Below, piece after piece: positions 21,198-32,923 of a DNA stretch of 64,000 nt. Both the position numbers and the translations under genes were made by a program. Location of the stretch: contig JWZX01003350.1 in NCBI GenBank assembly GCA_001275005.1, positions 1-64,000 of the forward strand, in the 5' to 3' direction. This DNA is from Chrysochromulina tobinii. Taxonomy: Eukaryota. Below the pieces are notes generated by a model. The model had not been told where the DNA came from, searched no databases, and was given only the letters and a program-made list of their open reading frames with translations. Position 1 is the stretch's first letter. The number at the start of each line of letters is the position of its first letter.

Positions 21198-24100
21198 ATG
21201 ATGCCGCCGACGCGTACGCGTGTGCGAACGTCGGCCGCCATGCGATACGCCGAGCAACGACGTGAAAGCTTCGACGCTATCAAGGGGACCTATCCGAGCG
21301 ATCATATGGATATCTTGCGCAAAGAGGCGAGCAGCATGGATCACAGAGACGACGACGTCCCAACAGCGCTTGGCTCGTATGTGGTTGAGCGATACCAAAG
21401 TGAAGCCACTGGCGCACCGAATGGGGCGGGGATGGACCTGGATCAGGTGAATCTGGATGTGGACAACACCGGGGCTCGTGCGCCCAGAGCCGGGGTGGTG
21501 AACTCGAGCACCCGCTTCCTGCTCTTGCGGCGGGCACTGGGCATGAAGATCAGCGGGGAGGAGCTCAAGACCGCGCAGATGTCGCTCTTCCTCTTTGTCT
21601 ATTACTTGGTGTGGAATTGGTTCCGCTTCGACTCCTTGTTTGCGGCCTCGACGCTTGCGATTTACGAGGATGCATTGAGTAAACTCCCCGGCGTCTCAGC
21701 TACAAGCTCCCCTTACTGCTCCCGCATGCCCGACGGCGTGCTTCGGGACCTGCACTCTGGCGAGAAGTGCGTGCTCGCGTTTCGGGACGCCATCGAAGTG
21801 GACGATCTATACAACTTCCTCACGACGGAGCTTCTCGACATCCCCGGAGCGCTGTTCGGGGTCTGCGAGAATTGCGCGATGTCGATCACGCAGTCGCCAA
21901 AGGGGATTCAGGTCTTGACAGAGGCGGACTTCATCTGCACCGACTCGGACGTGCACGAATTCGGCACAGCCGAGCTCACGACGAAACCCTCGTGCATGCT
22001 CGACGAGCTCATAGGACAGCCCGGCTCGATCGATTACGAATGGGCCGCCAATCCGACGACCCTTACCGCACCATGCTGCAACAATGCCACCCTCATCCTC
22101 GCCTCGATGCTGCTGCTCTCGAGGAGCTCGCTCTCAGGCGGCGGCGTCGCGGCTGATGACTTGGCCGATCTGATGCTCATGAATGCCAATCGGCTCAACG
22201 ACGCAAAAAGAGGCTTCGTCCTGCAGCACGTCCACGGCGATGGGAACTTTGTGCAGGTCCTCGTCTCTCGTGGGGAGCGCGTGCTCGGCTTGAAGTATGG
22301 CGCGTTCTTCCAGGACGAGGGCTGCCGAGATCCCAATTTTGTCAAGCATTGGAACGAGAATCACGACGGTATGCTGGCGACAAACGGGACCTACGAGAAC
22401 ACCTATGATGCGGCAAGCACAAGTACCCTCAAACAATGTTACTCGGACAGGTGGTCCGCGGGACGGTCCTGCCTAGAGAGCCCAGAGATCCCTTGCTGCC
22501 CTCTGCGCGACTCTTTCCATCACCTGTGATGCCTCGTGCGGCTGATTACTCCGTGGATCGCGTCTCGTCTTGTGCTTGAGCAGTCTCATCATCCCGCAGA
22601 TCTCGTACTTCAGCTATCGGTTTGACGAAACCACGCTCTTAGATTCCATGTGGGTGGCCTTCATCGTGATACTCTCCCTCGACTTTGTGCGCTTGATGAG
22701 CTTCAAGTTCGAGTTCGTCCGGAGCACCTGCACGCTAAGAAGGTTCAGTTTCAAAAGCATCAGTGTAGCGCTACGGGGGACGGTAGGCCAACCGCGTTTC
22801 TTTGTGCTGGAGTTCCCCGCGTTTGCGCTGCCGCTGCTGGTCGAGATGCAGCCCATCCATGAGGGCGGCGCCATCGTCTACCAGAATTGCGTGGCCATCA
22901 CGCAGCTCGTCCTCTTCTTTAAGACGTTTGCCGATGCCAAGGCGTTCTCGATCCTCGAGCGGCTCGTCAACCTCTTCGCCGAGGGCGCTGACGAAATCGG
23001 TGGGCTTCTCATTGTAGTCCTCGTCAGCTGCGCCGTCTTCACGGCCACGGCGAGCCTCATGTTTGGCGTCTTCCATCCGTCGCTCAAGTACAGCACCATC
23101 ACGCGCCTGTTCGTCATCTTCGCCGAGAGCTTCAACGGCCTCATCGCCGGCACGGAACTCAACGAGCAGATGGTCGACTCCAATACGACAGGCATCTTCA
23201 TCCACCTCTGATTGCGCCGGATTGCACTCTGATTGCGCCTCTGATTGCGCCTGAGTGTCGACTCCAATCGACAGGCATCTTCATCAGCTCTGATTGCACT
23301 CTGATTGCGCCTCTGAGTGCGCCTCTGATTGCGCCTGAATGTCGACTCTAATACGACAGGCATCTTCATCACCTTCTTCGTGCGCAACTTGTTCCTCTTC
23401 CTCATTCTGTCGCAGACGTTCATCTCCGTGCTCACGGGCGCCTTCGAAGCCGCCACCGAGGCGAAGACTCATGAACGCCTCCTCAACAATACGATCCCGG
23501 CGGGCTTTGTCGAGATCCGAAAACAGAAGCTGAGGCTATGCACGCGTCTTCGCAACGACACGGTGCACTACGTATCTCGCCTCATCTCTCTCAATTGGCA
23601 CGCTGGCGCGCCCACGCTCATCATGGCACTGACGGACCTCGTGCATCAGGCCGAAGCCGCCGACCCCGAGGCCGCAGAGAACGCTCTGGTCGTCACGGCC
23701 GAGGAGGTCGACCTGGCGCTCAGGCGTGCGGGCGTGCGCTTCAAGCGCTTCCGGCAGGCCACGATCGAAAGTCTCCTGAGCAGCCACGGCGTAGTCCGAC
23801 ACGAGGGAGCGCATAAGAAGCAGCCGGGGGCGCGCACGATGAATCCTCTACCATCCAAGGAGGACCAGACGACGAATCGGCTGGCTAATATGGAACGAGC
23901 TCTTGCGGAGCAGGGGGCCACGCTGCGGCATCTCACGGAGAGCATGGAAGCTATGCTGGCACACTTGAACGCCGTTGCTGGCGCCGTTCGCAATGGCGAT
24001 GTCCACGATAGCCGCCATCAGAACGCCTGTACCACGGCCACGTCCCGGAGCAAGCCTTCGGCCGTGCAGGAGCCACGGTCAGGGGTAGGCACTCTAGCAG

Positions 24101-24456
24101 GGCACAGGCGCGCGGCAGATCTCGCGCTGCAGCCCAAGGCCAACGGTGTCATCTCTTCGACCGCCGAGGAAGGCTTTGCTATCTCCTCGACCGCTGACGA
24201 AATGGCCGATATCTACTCGTCTTCGGTCGATGCCTCGGTGAGGGCCGCCGAGGCCGAAGGCATGTCGGTCGTGCTCTCGAGTGGTAGGCAGCCGGGAGGG
24301 GGTGGAAGCCCCATCAGGAATCGCGCAGAAAGAGCCGCGCAGAAAGAGAGGAGCCGCGCAGAACGTGAACGAGAGTCTCAAAGATGCACCGCCACGAGCG
24401 AGCGAGGGCCTCAATCCGAATCCCGCAAAAGCTTCCCGAGATCCACCATGGTGTGA
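21198..24456 (+). CDS. Polycystin-2 (PKD2/TRPP)-like cation channel (3 exons)
   Basis: S1 followed by large TOP-like loop (FRDAIEVDDLYNFLTTELL); S4-S5 VAITQLVLFFKTF...GADEIGGLLIV...LMFG; S6 GIFITFFVRNLFLFLILSQTFISVLTGAF; C-terminal coiled coil. Introns ~22451-~22613 (ends uncertain) and 23192-23359 (GC-AG). Confidence 0.8.
23192..23359 (+). other. GC-AG intron built from a triplicated exon junction plus CTGATTGC satellite
   Basis: gtcgactc(c/t)aat(a)cgacag|gcatcttcatc starts at 23173, 23257 and 23341 (84-bp period); removing 168 nt restores the channel frame. Confidence 0.8.
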
Positions 24457-24512
24457 AAACAAGACCGCGGTGTGAAAGCGCTCTTGGAGACGTGGATGAC
24501 GATCTCGCCTCT

Positions 24513-24647
24513 GATCTCGCAGGCTATGGGGTGAGATGACGATCTCGCAGGCTATGGGGTGAGATGACGATCTCGCAGGCTATGGAGTGAGATGACGATC
24601 TCGCAGGCTATGGAGTGAGATGACGATCTCGCAGGCTATGGGGTGAG
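24513..24647. repeat. 28-bp minisatellite, ~4.8 copies, downstream of the PKD2-like stop
   Basis: gatctcgcaggctatgg(g/a)gtgagatgac in tandem with no spacers. Confidence 0.95.
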
Positions 24648-25206
24648 TGGTGCTACGGGCACGTCGAGTCTCTTGCGTGATCGGGCAAGCCATGCCGGTA
24701 CGCGAGACAAGCTGGAGCTATGGCTCGAGTCACATTGAGTGTTGAGAAAGCTCGAGTGTGTCATGGAGTGTGTGGAGTGACTGCATGGAGCTGCACATGG
24801 AGCGGCGAGGCGAGCGGGGAGAGGCGAGGGCGGCGAGGTGTCGTGTGGGACAGCTCCGCCGTACCACGGTAAAATAGCGACGGTTTCTTCGAGAGCACCT
24901 GGGAAAGAGGCCGCGTCGGCCAATTGGTGTGGGCTGGAAACGGACGAAGCTCAACCGACAACTCTCTGCTTAAACCCATTTCTACATGTGGCGTGCAACT
25001 TGCATACGTTCATGTGCCTCCGTCGCAGTCTCTCTTAATCGTCTCATACAACATCGCCTCTCCGCCGCTCCGGCCCCGCACGGCATACCTCCCCCCCCTT
25101 CACTCCCGTCCATGCTCCCGTCCCTGACATATTCGCTGGTGGAAGTGGAAGCAACCCTTGACGGCAAGTGGAAATCACTTGCACGCTGCCGCCTACGGTA
25201 CCGGTA

Positions 25207-26478
25207 TTAGGCAGCCTTCTGCTTCTTCTTTGCGAGCGCCTCGGCTTCGATAGACACTGCAGGCGAAAGCACAAGGGCGGCGCCGAGCATAGCGGCGGCG
25301 AGCGCTCCGAAGAGACCTGCCCAGCCGAGGAGTGCCACGAGCTGCGGTGCCAGCAGGCCCTGCAGCACTGCGCCGACGGATCCCGAACCATTGACCAGAC
25401 CAGACACAGCTGCCACAAGAGCCGCGTCTTTGGCCAGGCCTGCGAAGCTTACGAGATTGCGCGCAGAGGCACCAAGGATGCCGCCAGGGCCAGCAATGAA
25501 GAAACCGATCGAGATGATGGCGACCACATGCATTGAGGTTGTGCCGCCTCGCACACAGACCGCAGCCCATCCTGCAAACGAAAGCCCAGTGGCGATGCAT
25601 AGGTGCATGGCCGCTTTGAGGGTAGCGCCGCCGTAAACAGTGTCGCACACGACGCCAGTAACAATCGCGCCCAGGGCACCGGCGACGTCGAGCAATGCTG
25701 CCACCGAGCCTGCATCAGCCGCTCCGAACGCGAGCTCTGTGGACAAAAAGTAGGGCAGCCAAAACATGAGACAGTATCGAGCGCTCTTCGTGAGTGTGTA
25801 GCAGAAGGCAGCAGCACCAACGCCCTTGATGGACAAGGGTGAGGGCGACCGGCCACTCGTCGCCGCGCCAGTGTCCGCAGCCTGACCACTCTGTGTCTTC
25901 TTCTCGTCAGCCACTGCTGGCGCCGGAAGCACGAGCAGCAGCAGAGGTGCCCACAGGGCGACCAGTGGTCCCGACACGAAAAAGACCCATTGCCAACCGT
26001 AGTTTGCGAGAACGTTGGCCGCGACAAGGTTGGCAAACGCACCACCCAAGTTTTCGCAACTGCTCCAGAGCCCCACGACTGTGGCGCGGACGGCATCAGG
26101 GACCGACTCCTGCACAACAATGGAGAAGAGTGGACTTGCTGGTGCCGCAAATGCACCTGCCGCGCCCCAAAGCAAAAGCATCGACATGGGACCATCGGCC
26201 GTTCCGAAGGCGCATGTGGCAGCACCTGCGAGCGCAAATGCTAGCACGAGCGTCCAGGTCCGTCCCAGCGGCTTGACGATCGTTCCGAGGCTCAGCTGAC
26301 CGATGGCGTAGGTTGTCAGCAACGCAGTGTCAATGTTTGCTAACTGCTGCTTTGAGAGGGACAGATCTTTCTCGATGACCGACTTGACGACGCTGAACGG
26401 TTTGCGCGCACAGTAGACGGACACGTACGCAAAGTAGGTCGTCACAAGCACCGCCCAGCCCCGAGAAGAGATGGACAT
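25207..26478 (-). CDS. MFS sugar-phosphate/glycerol-3-phosphate transporter (SLC37/GlpT/UhpC family)
   Basis: YVSVYCARKPFSVVKS motif, about 12 hydrophobic helices, RYCLMFWLPYFL, VSGLVNGSGSVGAVLQG. Confidence 0.9.
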   Translation of the reverse strand: MSISSRGWAVLVTTYFAYVSVYCARKPFSVVKSVIEKDLSLSKQQLANIDTALLTTYAIGQLSLGTIVKPLGRTWTLVLAFALAGAATCAFGTADGPMSMLLLWGAAGAFAAPASPLFSIVVQESVPDAVRATVVGLWSSCENLGGAFANLVAANVLANYGWQWVFFVSGPLVALWAPLLLLVLPAPAVADEKKTQSGQAADTGAATSGRSPSPLSIKGVGAAAFCYTLTKSARYCLMFWLPYFLSTELAFGAADAGSVAALLDVAGALGAIVTGVVCDTVYGGATLKAAMHLCIATGLSFAGWAAVCVRGGTTSMHVVAIISIGFFIAGPGGILGASARNLVSFAGLAKDAALVAAVSGLVNGSGSVGAVLQGLLAPQLVALLGWAGLFGALAAAMLGAALVLSPAVSIEAEALAKKKQKAA

Positions 26479-26811
26479 GTGAGGCACCGTGATTTAGACG
26501 TGGTTGATTAGGAGAACCAGCGATGCCGACGGCCCTGTGGTGTGGGAAGTTTTACTTTGTGAGTGGCGCCCATCGGGTCTGGGAGGGGCGGGGGGCAACA
26601 TGGAAGAAGCGGCCTGCCGTGAATGTTTTGCTCAAGTTTGCTCAAGTTTGCCCAAGTTTACATGTACCGGGTACCCAAGTTTGCTCGCCACAAAACGACT
26701 CCCTGAGTGTGCCCGACTCGTCGTAGAGGTGCGAGGTCCGTTCGGAAGGACTGAACGGAAGGACCGGGCCTGGAGCTCAGCGCGCTCAGCTCACTCAGTC
26801 ACAGAGTTCCG

Positions 26812-28665
26812 ATGTACCGCGCGAGCAATTTCACCGCATCCCAACCCATCTCCTTGCCTCGCTCACCTCGCTCGCCTCGCTCGCCTCGCTCGCCTCGCTC
26901 GCCTCGCTCGCCGAGCTCCGCCTCGCGCTTCAGCCCGCGGGCCAAGCGGGATGCCACGGCGTGGCACGAGAGGCCACTTGCCGACATGCTCGCCGCGGCC
27001 TCTCCTGCAAGCACGTCGATGATACTCGCCGATCACACGCACGCCTTGAACCCTCGGGCCAATCGAGACGCGTTGCAAGAGAGGCCGCTAACAGCCGGCA
27101 CGCTGGCGGTCTACGAGGGCACTGCGCATGCTCCCTCGCCGTTCAATTCTGAGGGCAGAGTTCCCGACGAAGTAGCCGCGCTCCTCCGTGAGAATAAGAT
27201 GCTCGCCGACCGCACACACACTCTCACGGAGCGAGTGGAGGACTACGAGGGCATCGTGAAACGGCTCTGGAGGCGCGGCTGGGCGGAGGCGCCATCGCCG
27301 CGAGGCCTGAAGGAGCTGATGACGGTGCACGAGTCCGGGGCGGCGCACGACCGGTACGAGGCCAACGAGGCACACTGGCTCGCGCAGCGTCACTTGCGCG
27401 AAGCGAGGGAGGCTAAGGACGTCGCCGCCATTGCGATCGCGCAGGCGCAGCACGCGACGGCAACACTCGATATGGAGCGCGTCGAGATGAGCGCGTGGCA
27501 TGCGGCGGATGCGGCGGAGCTCTCTCGACGCATGCTGCACGTCAGCCAGCAGCTCCGTGCAGAGCAGGTCAAGGTCGCGATGCTCGAGGCCGCCCTGGAG
27601 GCCTCTAGGCAGGCCGAAGGGCGCGCCCTCGAGTTGGGCAGCTTGGTAACGAAACACGAGCACTTAATTAGGAACGCGGACCAGCAAGTGCTCCAGCAGC
27701 GCGACGAGATTGCCGAGCTCAGAGCGCGCGAGTTTGCGTGGTTGCGCGAGATCGACGAGCTGCGCGCCGTCACTGGCCGATTACAGGAGCAATTAGCGGC
27801 GGAGGCGGAGGCGCACGCGCGCCAACGGTCGTACCGTTTGGAGCACGAGCAGACGGCAGCAACGCTCGAGCGTACGGTGCGGCACAGGGTGCAGGAGGAT
27901 CTCGCGATCTCGAACAAGGAGATTGCGGACTTGCAAGCGGAGCTGCAGAGCGTGCGTGCCCAATACGCCGATCTCAGCCGGCGAGCTCATGAAGACCGCG
28001 CGCAGATGGGACGAGAACAGCTCCAGATGACGATCCTCATCGAGAAGGTGCATGCGCTTCATCGTGTGCTGAGAGGCATCGAGAAGGAGCGCGAGCTCGT
28101 GCCCTCGACGACCACGACCATCGTCAGCTCTGCTGTTCCCGCTGGTGGCCATGGCTTTGGCGGCGGCAGTGGCCTTGTCGGCGGCGCGTCGCCCACAGCA
28201 CCATCCCCGAGCCCAGTCGACCTTGTGAAGATGATCGAGCAAGCGATCGCTGCGGCCGAGGCGAACACGGCGCAAGTAGTGTGGCTCGACCGGATCGTGG
28301 CCGAGCGTGAGGCGATCATCGACGCCCTCCGCGACGATTTCACCAAGTCCGAGATGCTGCGGCGCGAAACGACGAGTCAGATGCAGGAGACCATCGACAG
28401 GCTGCGATGGCTCCAGAGCAACGCACTGGCCGCTGACGGGACGCCCAAGCGCGGCCGGTTCCGCTCGATGATGTACTGGGAAAGCATGAAGAGCTGCCAC
28501 GCTAACAGTCCTCGCTGGGAGCGCGAGGCAATGATGTCATGGCGTGGCGACCACGACATGACGAGCTTCTCGAATGCGATCGACCTCGAGCATCGGATGG
28601 CCAAGGCGGATGGCGAGGCCAAGGACACGAGTCTCATTGTGGCCAGGCTCGTGGGCGAGGCTTGA
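26812..28665 (+). CDS. Coiled-coil hypothetical protein with N-terminal (RSP)n repeat
   Basis: 617-aa ORF, heptad-rich E/A/L/R region, (cctcgctcg)n coding microsatellite. Confidence 0.75.
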   Translation: MYRASNFTASQPISLPRSPRSPRSPRSPRSPRSPSSASRFSPRAKRDATAWHERPLADMLAAASPASTSMILADHTHALNPRANRDALQERPLTAGTLAVYEGTAHAPSPFNSEGRVPDEVAALLRENKMLADRTHTLTERVEDYEGIVKRLWRRGWAEAPSPRGLKELMTVHESGAAHDRYEANEAHWLAQRHLREAREAKDVAAIAIAQAQHATATLDMERVEMSAWHAADAAELSRRMLHVSQQLRAEQVKVAMLEAALEASRQAEGRALELGSLVTKHEHLIRNADQQVLQQRDEIAELRAREFAWLREIDELRAVTGRLQEQLAAEAEAHARQRSYRLEHEQTAATLERTVRHRVQEDLAISNKEIADLQAELQSVRAQYADLSRRAHEDRAQMGREQLQMTILIEKVHALHRVLRGIEKERELVPSTTTTIVSSAVPAGGHGFGGGSGLVGGASPTAPSPSPVDLVKMIEQAIAAAEANTAQVVWLDRIVAEREAIIDALRDDFTKSEMLRRETTSQMQETIDRLRWLQSNALAADGTPKRGRFRSMMYWESMKSCHANSPRWEREAMMSWRGDHDMTSFSNAIDLEHRMAKADGEAKDTSLIVARLVGEA

Positions 28666-29195
28666 CGGCGAGCGAGCCATGGACTAGGACATCAAGGGGC
28701 GACACCACACGCTCACACAGCTGTGTACACCGTATCATTCGACCGTTCCCAAGTAGCGAGTCAACGCTCCGTCGTCCTTAGCCGACAGACGGCCGTCAAG
28801 AACGGAACAAGAATGATTGTCCAAGAACGACCTTCATCTGTGCGTAGAATCATGGCGTAGAATAGGAAAATGACGCCGCGGCTGCTCCGCGCGGCGCCCG
28901 CGCGCCGCGGGTCGCCCGCGTTGCGCGACCCCCGGGCGGGGGGCCGGGGCGGGGAACAGACGCCCATGAACGAGACCGTGGAGCGAGTACGCTTAGTAAC
29001 ACAGTTTTCGCTAACGCTCGAGACGACTGACCCTAGGAGTTCTGAATAGGCGAGCCTATCTGCGGACTACAAGCCACACCACTGAGGAACTGTGTCGGCT
29101 CAGAGCTCACCCGCTCACAAGTCACCGCTCTAGTCGGCGCTCGGCGGCGGCGCATTTGCCGTTTCGCTCTTTCGCATCCGTCCCCGCACGCGGGC

Positions 29196-30335
29196 CTACG
29201 AGTATTGCTCGACGCTCTGCAGCCAGAGCACTTCCGCGGCCGAGAGCGTTTGGCCCGTCTGGGCAAGGATCTCCTGGCACTCGAGTACTAACGTGCTGTT
29301 GCGTGCAAACGAGCCGACGGGTGCCGCCCTCACGGCAGCAGCGGCCGCGTAGGCGGTGTTGCTCACGCCGCTCTCGCGCGCCTTGCGCCGCTCCTCCTCC
29401 TCGACGGCCACCTTGGCCATCTTGAGTGCGCGCTGGTGCGCCTTGAGAATGTGCGGCTTGCTCGGAGGTATCGGTGGCAGGATCGACGGATCGAGCCCTC
29501 GGATGCTGTCGGCTGAGGCAGGGCTCATTGAGCGCACCTTGGGCGGCGGCGGCAGCTGCGGCGGGCGAGACAGCTGTGCGTACAGCGCCGCCGCCTGCGT
29601 GCGCATGATATCATGACGCACTGCGTTCGCATGGATCGACCCGCGCAGCCGCGGCCAGCTCTGCAACTGGCGAACTATCTCCTTCGTGTCGTTCGCCATC
29701 TGCACGCCGCGCAGGGCATCCTCGCGTAACTCCTTGGCTATAGGTGAGGCGAACGCCGGCCGATTCTGAAGCTCGGCCAACCAGTCGGGCGTCGTCGACC
29801 ACCTGGGCAGTGGCGGCTGCGGCCCTCCGCCTTTCCTCTCGCGCCACTCGTCGCGCGCCTTGCGCGCCTTGCGCATCTCCTTTGCCATAGTGAGAGTACG
29901 CTCGACAATCTCTTTCTGAACTCGGTCGATGTCCTCCTTCGAAAATGCCGGCGCGGCATCGTTCACGACCCGCTGTCGCATGCGCTGGACGCGCTGGATC
30001 GTCGTTGCGGCCTTCGTACGCCGCTGGAGCTCATTATGCTGCATCATGAAGGCATGACGCCGGCGCAAGCTGCGCCGGCGCCACGCCTTTTGCACGCGAA
30101 GGGCGGACGTGCGTTCGCGCCGCTGCTGCCACCCGCTCGCCTGCTCAGGCGAGAGCGTCAGCAGCTCCTCATACTCGCGGAGCAGCGCCTGCACGTGCTC
30201 GTGTCGCGCGGCGCTCGCCTCCGCGTCGATCAGGCCCGACAGGTATGCGGACTCATCCTCGGCGGGCTCCACTACAGCCGCCACCGCACTGTCGTGCGCT
30301 GCAAGTGCGGCCGACGTGAGGGCGGTCGTCATCAT
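29196..30335 (-). CDS. IQ-motif protein resembling the C-terminal half of ciliary IQCB1/NPHP5
   Basis: Two IQ motifs (ALRVQKAWRR, ATTIQRVQRM) with IQCB1-like spacing, followed by RHDIMRTQAAALYAQLSRPPQL and KAHQRALK. Start taken at ATG 30335. Confidence 0.65.
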   Translation of the reverse strand: MMTTALTSAALAAHDSAVAAVVEPAEDESAYLSGLIDAEASAARHEHVQALLREYEELLTLSPEQASGWQQRRERTSALRVQKAWRRRSLRRRHAFMMQHNELQRRTKAATTIQRVQRMRQRVVNDAAPAFSKEDIDRVQKEIVERTLTMAKEMRKARKARDEWRERKGGGPQPPLPRWSTTPDWLAELQNRPAFASPIAKELREDALRGVQMANDTKEIVRQLQSWPRLRGSIHANAVRHDIMRTQAAALYAQLSRPPQLPPPPKVRSMSPASADSIRGLDPSILPPIPPSKPHILKAHQRALKMAKVAVEEEERRKARESGVSNTAYAAAAAVRAAPVGSFARNSTLVLECQEILAQTGQTLSAAEVLWLQSVEQYS

Positions 30336-30791
30336 GATGCGGGTTGTATGGCGGGTTGATGGGCTGATTGGGGGTGTCTCGCACTTGTACCGACATCGGA
30401 AGCAAAACCCGCGAGTTCCTACTGTGAATCGACCGTTCACAGATACACTGAGAGACCGGTTTGGTTGCTTTCGTACAAAAGTGAGTCTGAGCGTGTGTCT
30501 GAGTGAGCTAGAACCTGTACATGTAACATGGAAGAGTTGAGCATTCACTCACTCATTTCTAACGTGAGCCCCAATTGCGTTGGTGAGCCCCTTTATTACT
30601 TGCGATTGCTTTTACTTGACTTAGCATATTAGCATTACTCTTCCATCGCTCTTAATCTCTTATACCCAGAGACACAGAACAGTAGATGCTTGGCCAACTT
30701 TTCCATCGGTCAACTATTCCTGTTAAAGTTTAAGTTAAAGTCCGGGTAAGAAACGTTAACCTTCCTATAATATTTGTCTCATATCAAGCGC

Positions 30792-32465
30792 TCAGCGTCC
30801 CGTCAAGTCGTACTTGGCAGGTATCCCTCGCGCACTCTGCGCGCGGCGCCCTCGTGCCACGCCCGAGTGGCGCCACAGTGGCCGCTGCGCCTGCGGCACC
30901 ATCGTGGCGGTGGCTGGGCGAGCCCGGCCGGCAGCTCCAGCGAGCTTGGTGCTGCTCGCCGAGGGCAGCACCACATCCGGCAACATGGGGGGGGGCTGCC
31001 CCTGACCCTGCCCCTGCCGCCGCCCCTGCCCCTGCCCCGCAGACGCGCATGCATCAGATGGCGTATGCGGTGGCGGCGGCGCTGAAGAGGGGCGCATGGC
31101 GAGCGCCGTTGCGAGCGCGGCGTCCTGCGTCAACGGCGGCTCTGGCGGCACCCTGTGCGGCCAGTGCGACGACTGCCGCCCAGCCGTACCCAGCGCGCCA
31201 GGAGCCGCCAACTCGACGACTCGCTCCCAAGGCGTCCCGTGGCGGTGGCCGGTGCGAGGGGCGCCGTGGCGGCGGGCTGACTCCGGGCGGCGCGTGAGCG
31301 GCGGCGCGTGCGCCGCAAGCCCATCAAAGGGGGGGACGAGATGGTCCTGCAGCAGATGGGCGTGGTTGGTCAATGCGATCGCGCGTCGCGTCAAGGGATC
31401 AGACCTGTCAAGGACGGCCGTTAAACCGGTACGCAGCCGGGCGGCGACCCACTCGGCGTTCCGACGCTCCGACTGCTTTCGGATCAGCGCCTGCCGTCGG
31501 GCCAGACGCTCTTGCATCTCCGCCACCCGCGACGCGAGCGCCTGCCTACTCGACTCCTCTGTCAGCTTCTCGAGCACGGCCGCCTGTTCGAGTAGCTCCC
31601 TCTTTTGGCGTGCCTCCTGACCCATCTGAGCGATCCGTGCGTCGACCCCCATCATCTGACCTATGGGCTTGCTAAACGTGGGGCCCCGTTTGGGCGACGG
31701 TGGCGGCGACGGCTCGTGATGCGCAATGCGCTCCTCCCACTCGGCGCGCAGAGCCTCCAGCGTGGTCTCACCGGCCTGGAGGAGCCGTTGTGAACGCCCG
31801 CCGATCCGATCAAGGTTGGTCTTGCCACCGGCGACGTGGCGTGGCGACGTCGCCGCGATCAAGCCACCACCCAGCACCCACTTGTTATTCTCGCACCAAT
31901 CGGTCTTCGCCTTCGCTGCGGCCGCCTTCTCAGCGGCCGCCTTCTCAGCTGCCGCCTTCTCAGCTGCCGCTTTAGCGTCCTCCGCTGCCGCCGCTGCGCT
32001 CGCCGCTTCTTGAAGCTGCTTGAGCTCGGTGGAGAGCCTGTCAGCGGTCTGAAAGTCCTCGGCACCGTCAGCTTCCTTGATGGCCTCCTTGATGCGCTTC
32101 AGCTCTTCGAGCCGATGTCGCCTCGCATTCGCTCGGTCGCTCTCCGTCTCTGGCGGCTTGGGCTTGGGCCTGCGGACGCCGCGCAAGTCGAGCGACGGCT
32201 TGATCGAGAGCATCGCACGATATTCGGGCGTGCCCGGAGCTGGCATGTTCTTGAAAAGGCCTTTTGGCCGAACGGCTTGGACGCTGCAGCTGATCGGCTC
32301 GGACTGCACCGTCGCCGTCGTCTCGGACTGCGCCGTTTCCGTCGCTTCGGACTGCGCCGTTTCCGTCGCTTCGGACTGCGCCGTTTCCGTCGGCTCGAAG
32401 TGCCTCGTCAGTTTCTGCTCGGCCAGCCGCAATCGGACGGCTGCAGCCGTCACGCCGAGCACCAT
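30792..32465 (-). CDS. Hypothetical protein with UVR (UvrB/C) coiled-coil motif
   Basis: IKEAIKEADGAEDFQTADRLSTELKQL; TETAQSEA and AAAEK repeats. Start taken at ATG 32465. Confidence 0.7.
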   Translation of the reverse strand: MVLGVTAAAVRLRLAEQKLTRHFEPTETAQSEATETAQSEATETAQSETTATVQSEPISCSVQAVRPKGLFKNMPAPGTPEYRAMLSIKPSLDLRGVRRPKPKPPETESDRANARRHRLEELKRIKEAIKEADGAEDFQTADRLSTELKQLQEAASAAAAAEDAKAAAEKAAAEKAAAEKAAAAKAKTDWCENNKWVLGGGLIAATSPRHVAGGKTNLDRIGGRSQRLLQAGETTLEALRAEWEERIAHHEPSPPPSPKRGPTFSKPIGQMMGVDARIAQMGQEARQKRELLEQAAVLEKLTEESSRQALASRVAEMQERLARRQALIRKQSERRNAEWVAARLRTGLTAVLDRSDPLTRRAIALTNHAHLLQDHLVPPFDGLAAHAPPLTRRPESARRHGAPRTGHRHGTPWERVVELAAPGALGTAGRQSSHWPHRVPPEPPLTQDAALATALAMRPSSAPPPPHTPSDACASAGQGQGRRQGQGQGQPPPMLPDVVLPSASSTKLAGAAGRARPATATMVPQAQRPLWRHSGVARGRRAQSARGIPAKYDLTGR

Positions 32466-32923
32466 CGTGGAGTTGAACGTCCACAAGCGCCTGAGCGTCT
32501 TACCTGTGAAACTTGCGAGAAAAGTCCAAACAGCGCACCGTAAACTTGGTCGCGTACATAACACTCCCAGAACTGATACGCATCGATATTCGAAAGCGCC
32601 GACCGGAGACCGTCGGCACATTCTCGGAGCATGCCGCAGAGACCGGCAATACTTCACTCGCCGAATAGAGCAATATCAGCCCGCGCGCGGGCGGCATACG
32701 AACCGCATAACAGGGTGCCTATAAGGCTTTCCCCTGGGTATCCCCTTCCCCCAAAACGGCGGAGAGACCCCCCAATGGGTTCTCCCGCATCCCCCCTGTC
32801 TGGTTCCATGATGGATACTGTCCTGTAATCTGGCCCTTTCACGTTGGGTTCACAGCCGTGTAACTTTGGGCGTCACACGGCAGTATAGTAGGAATTTCCT
32901 AAGACCTTCTTTTCTGGTCCAGG

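Noticed and set aside
24513..24647. 28-bp repeats as a CRISPR array
   Set aside because: Units are directly adjacent with no unique spacers, there are no cas genes, and the context is eukaryotic.
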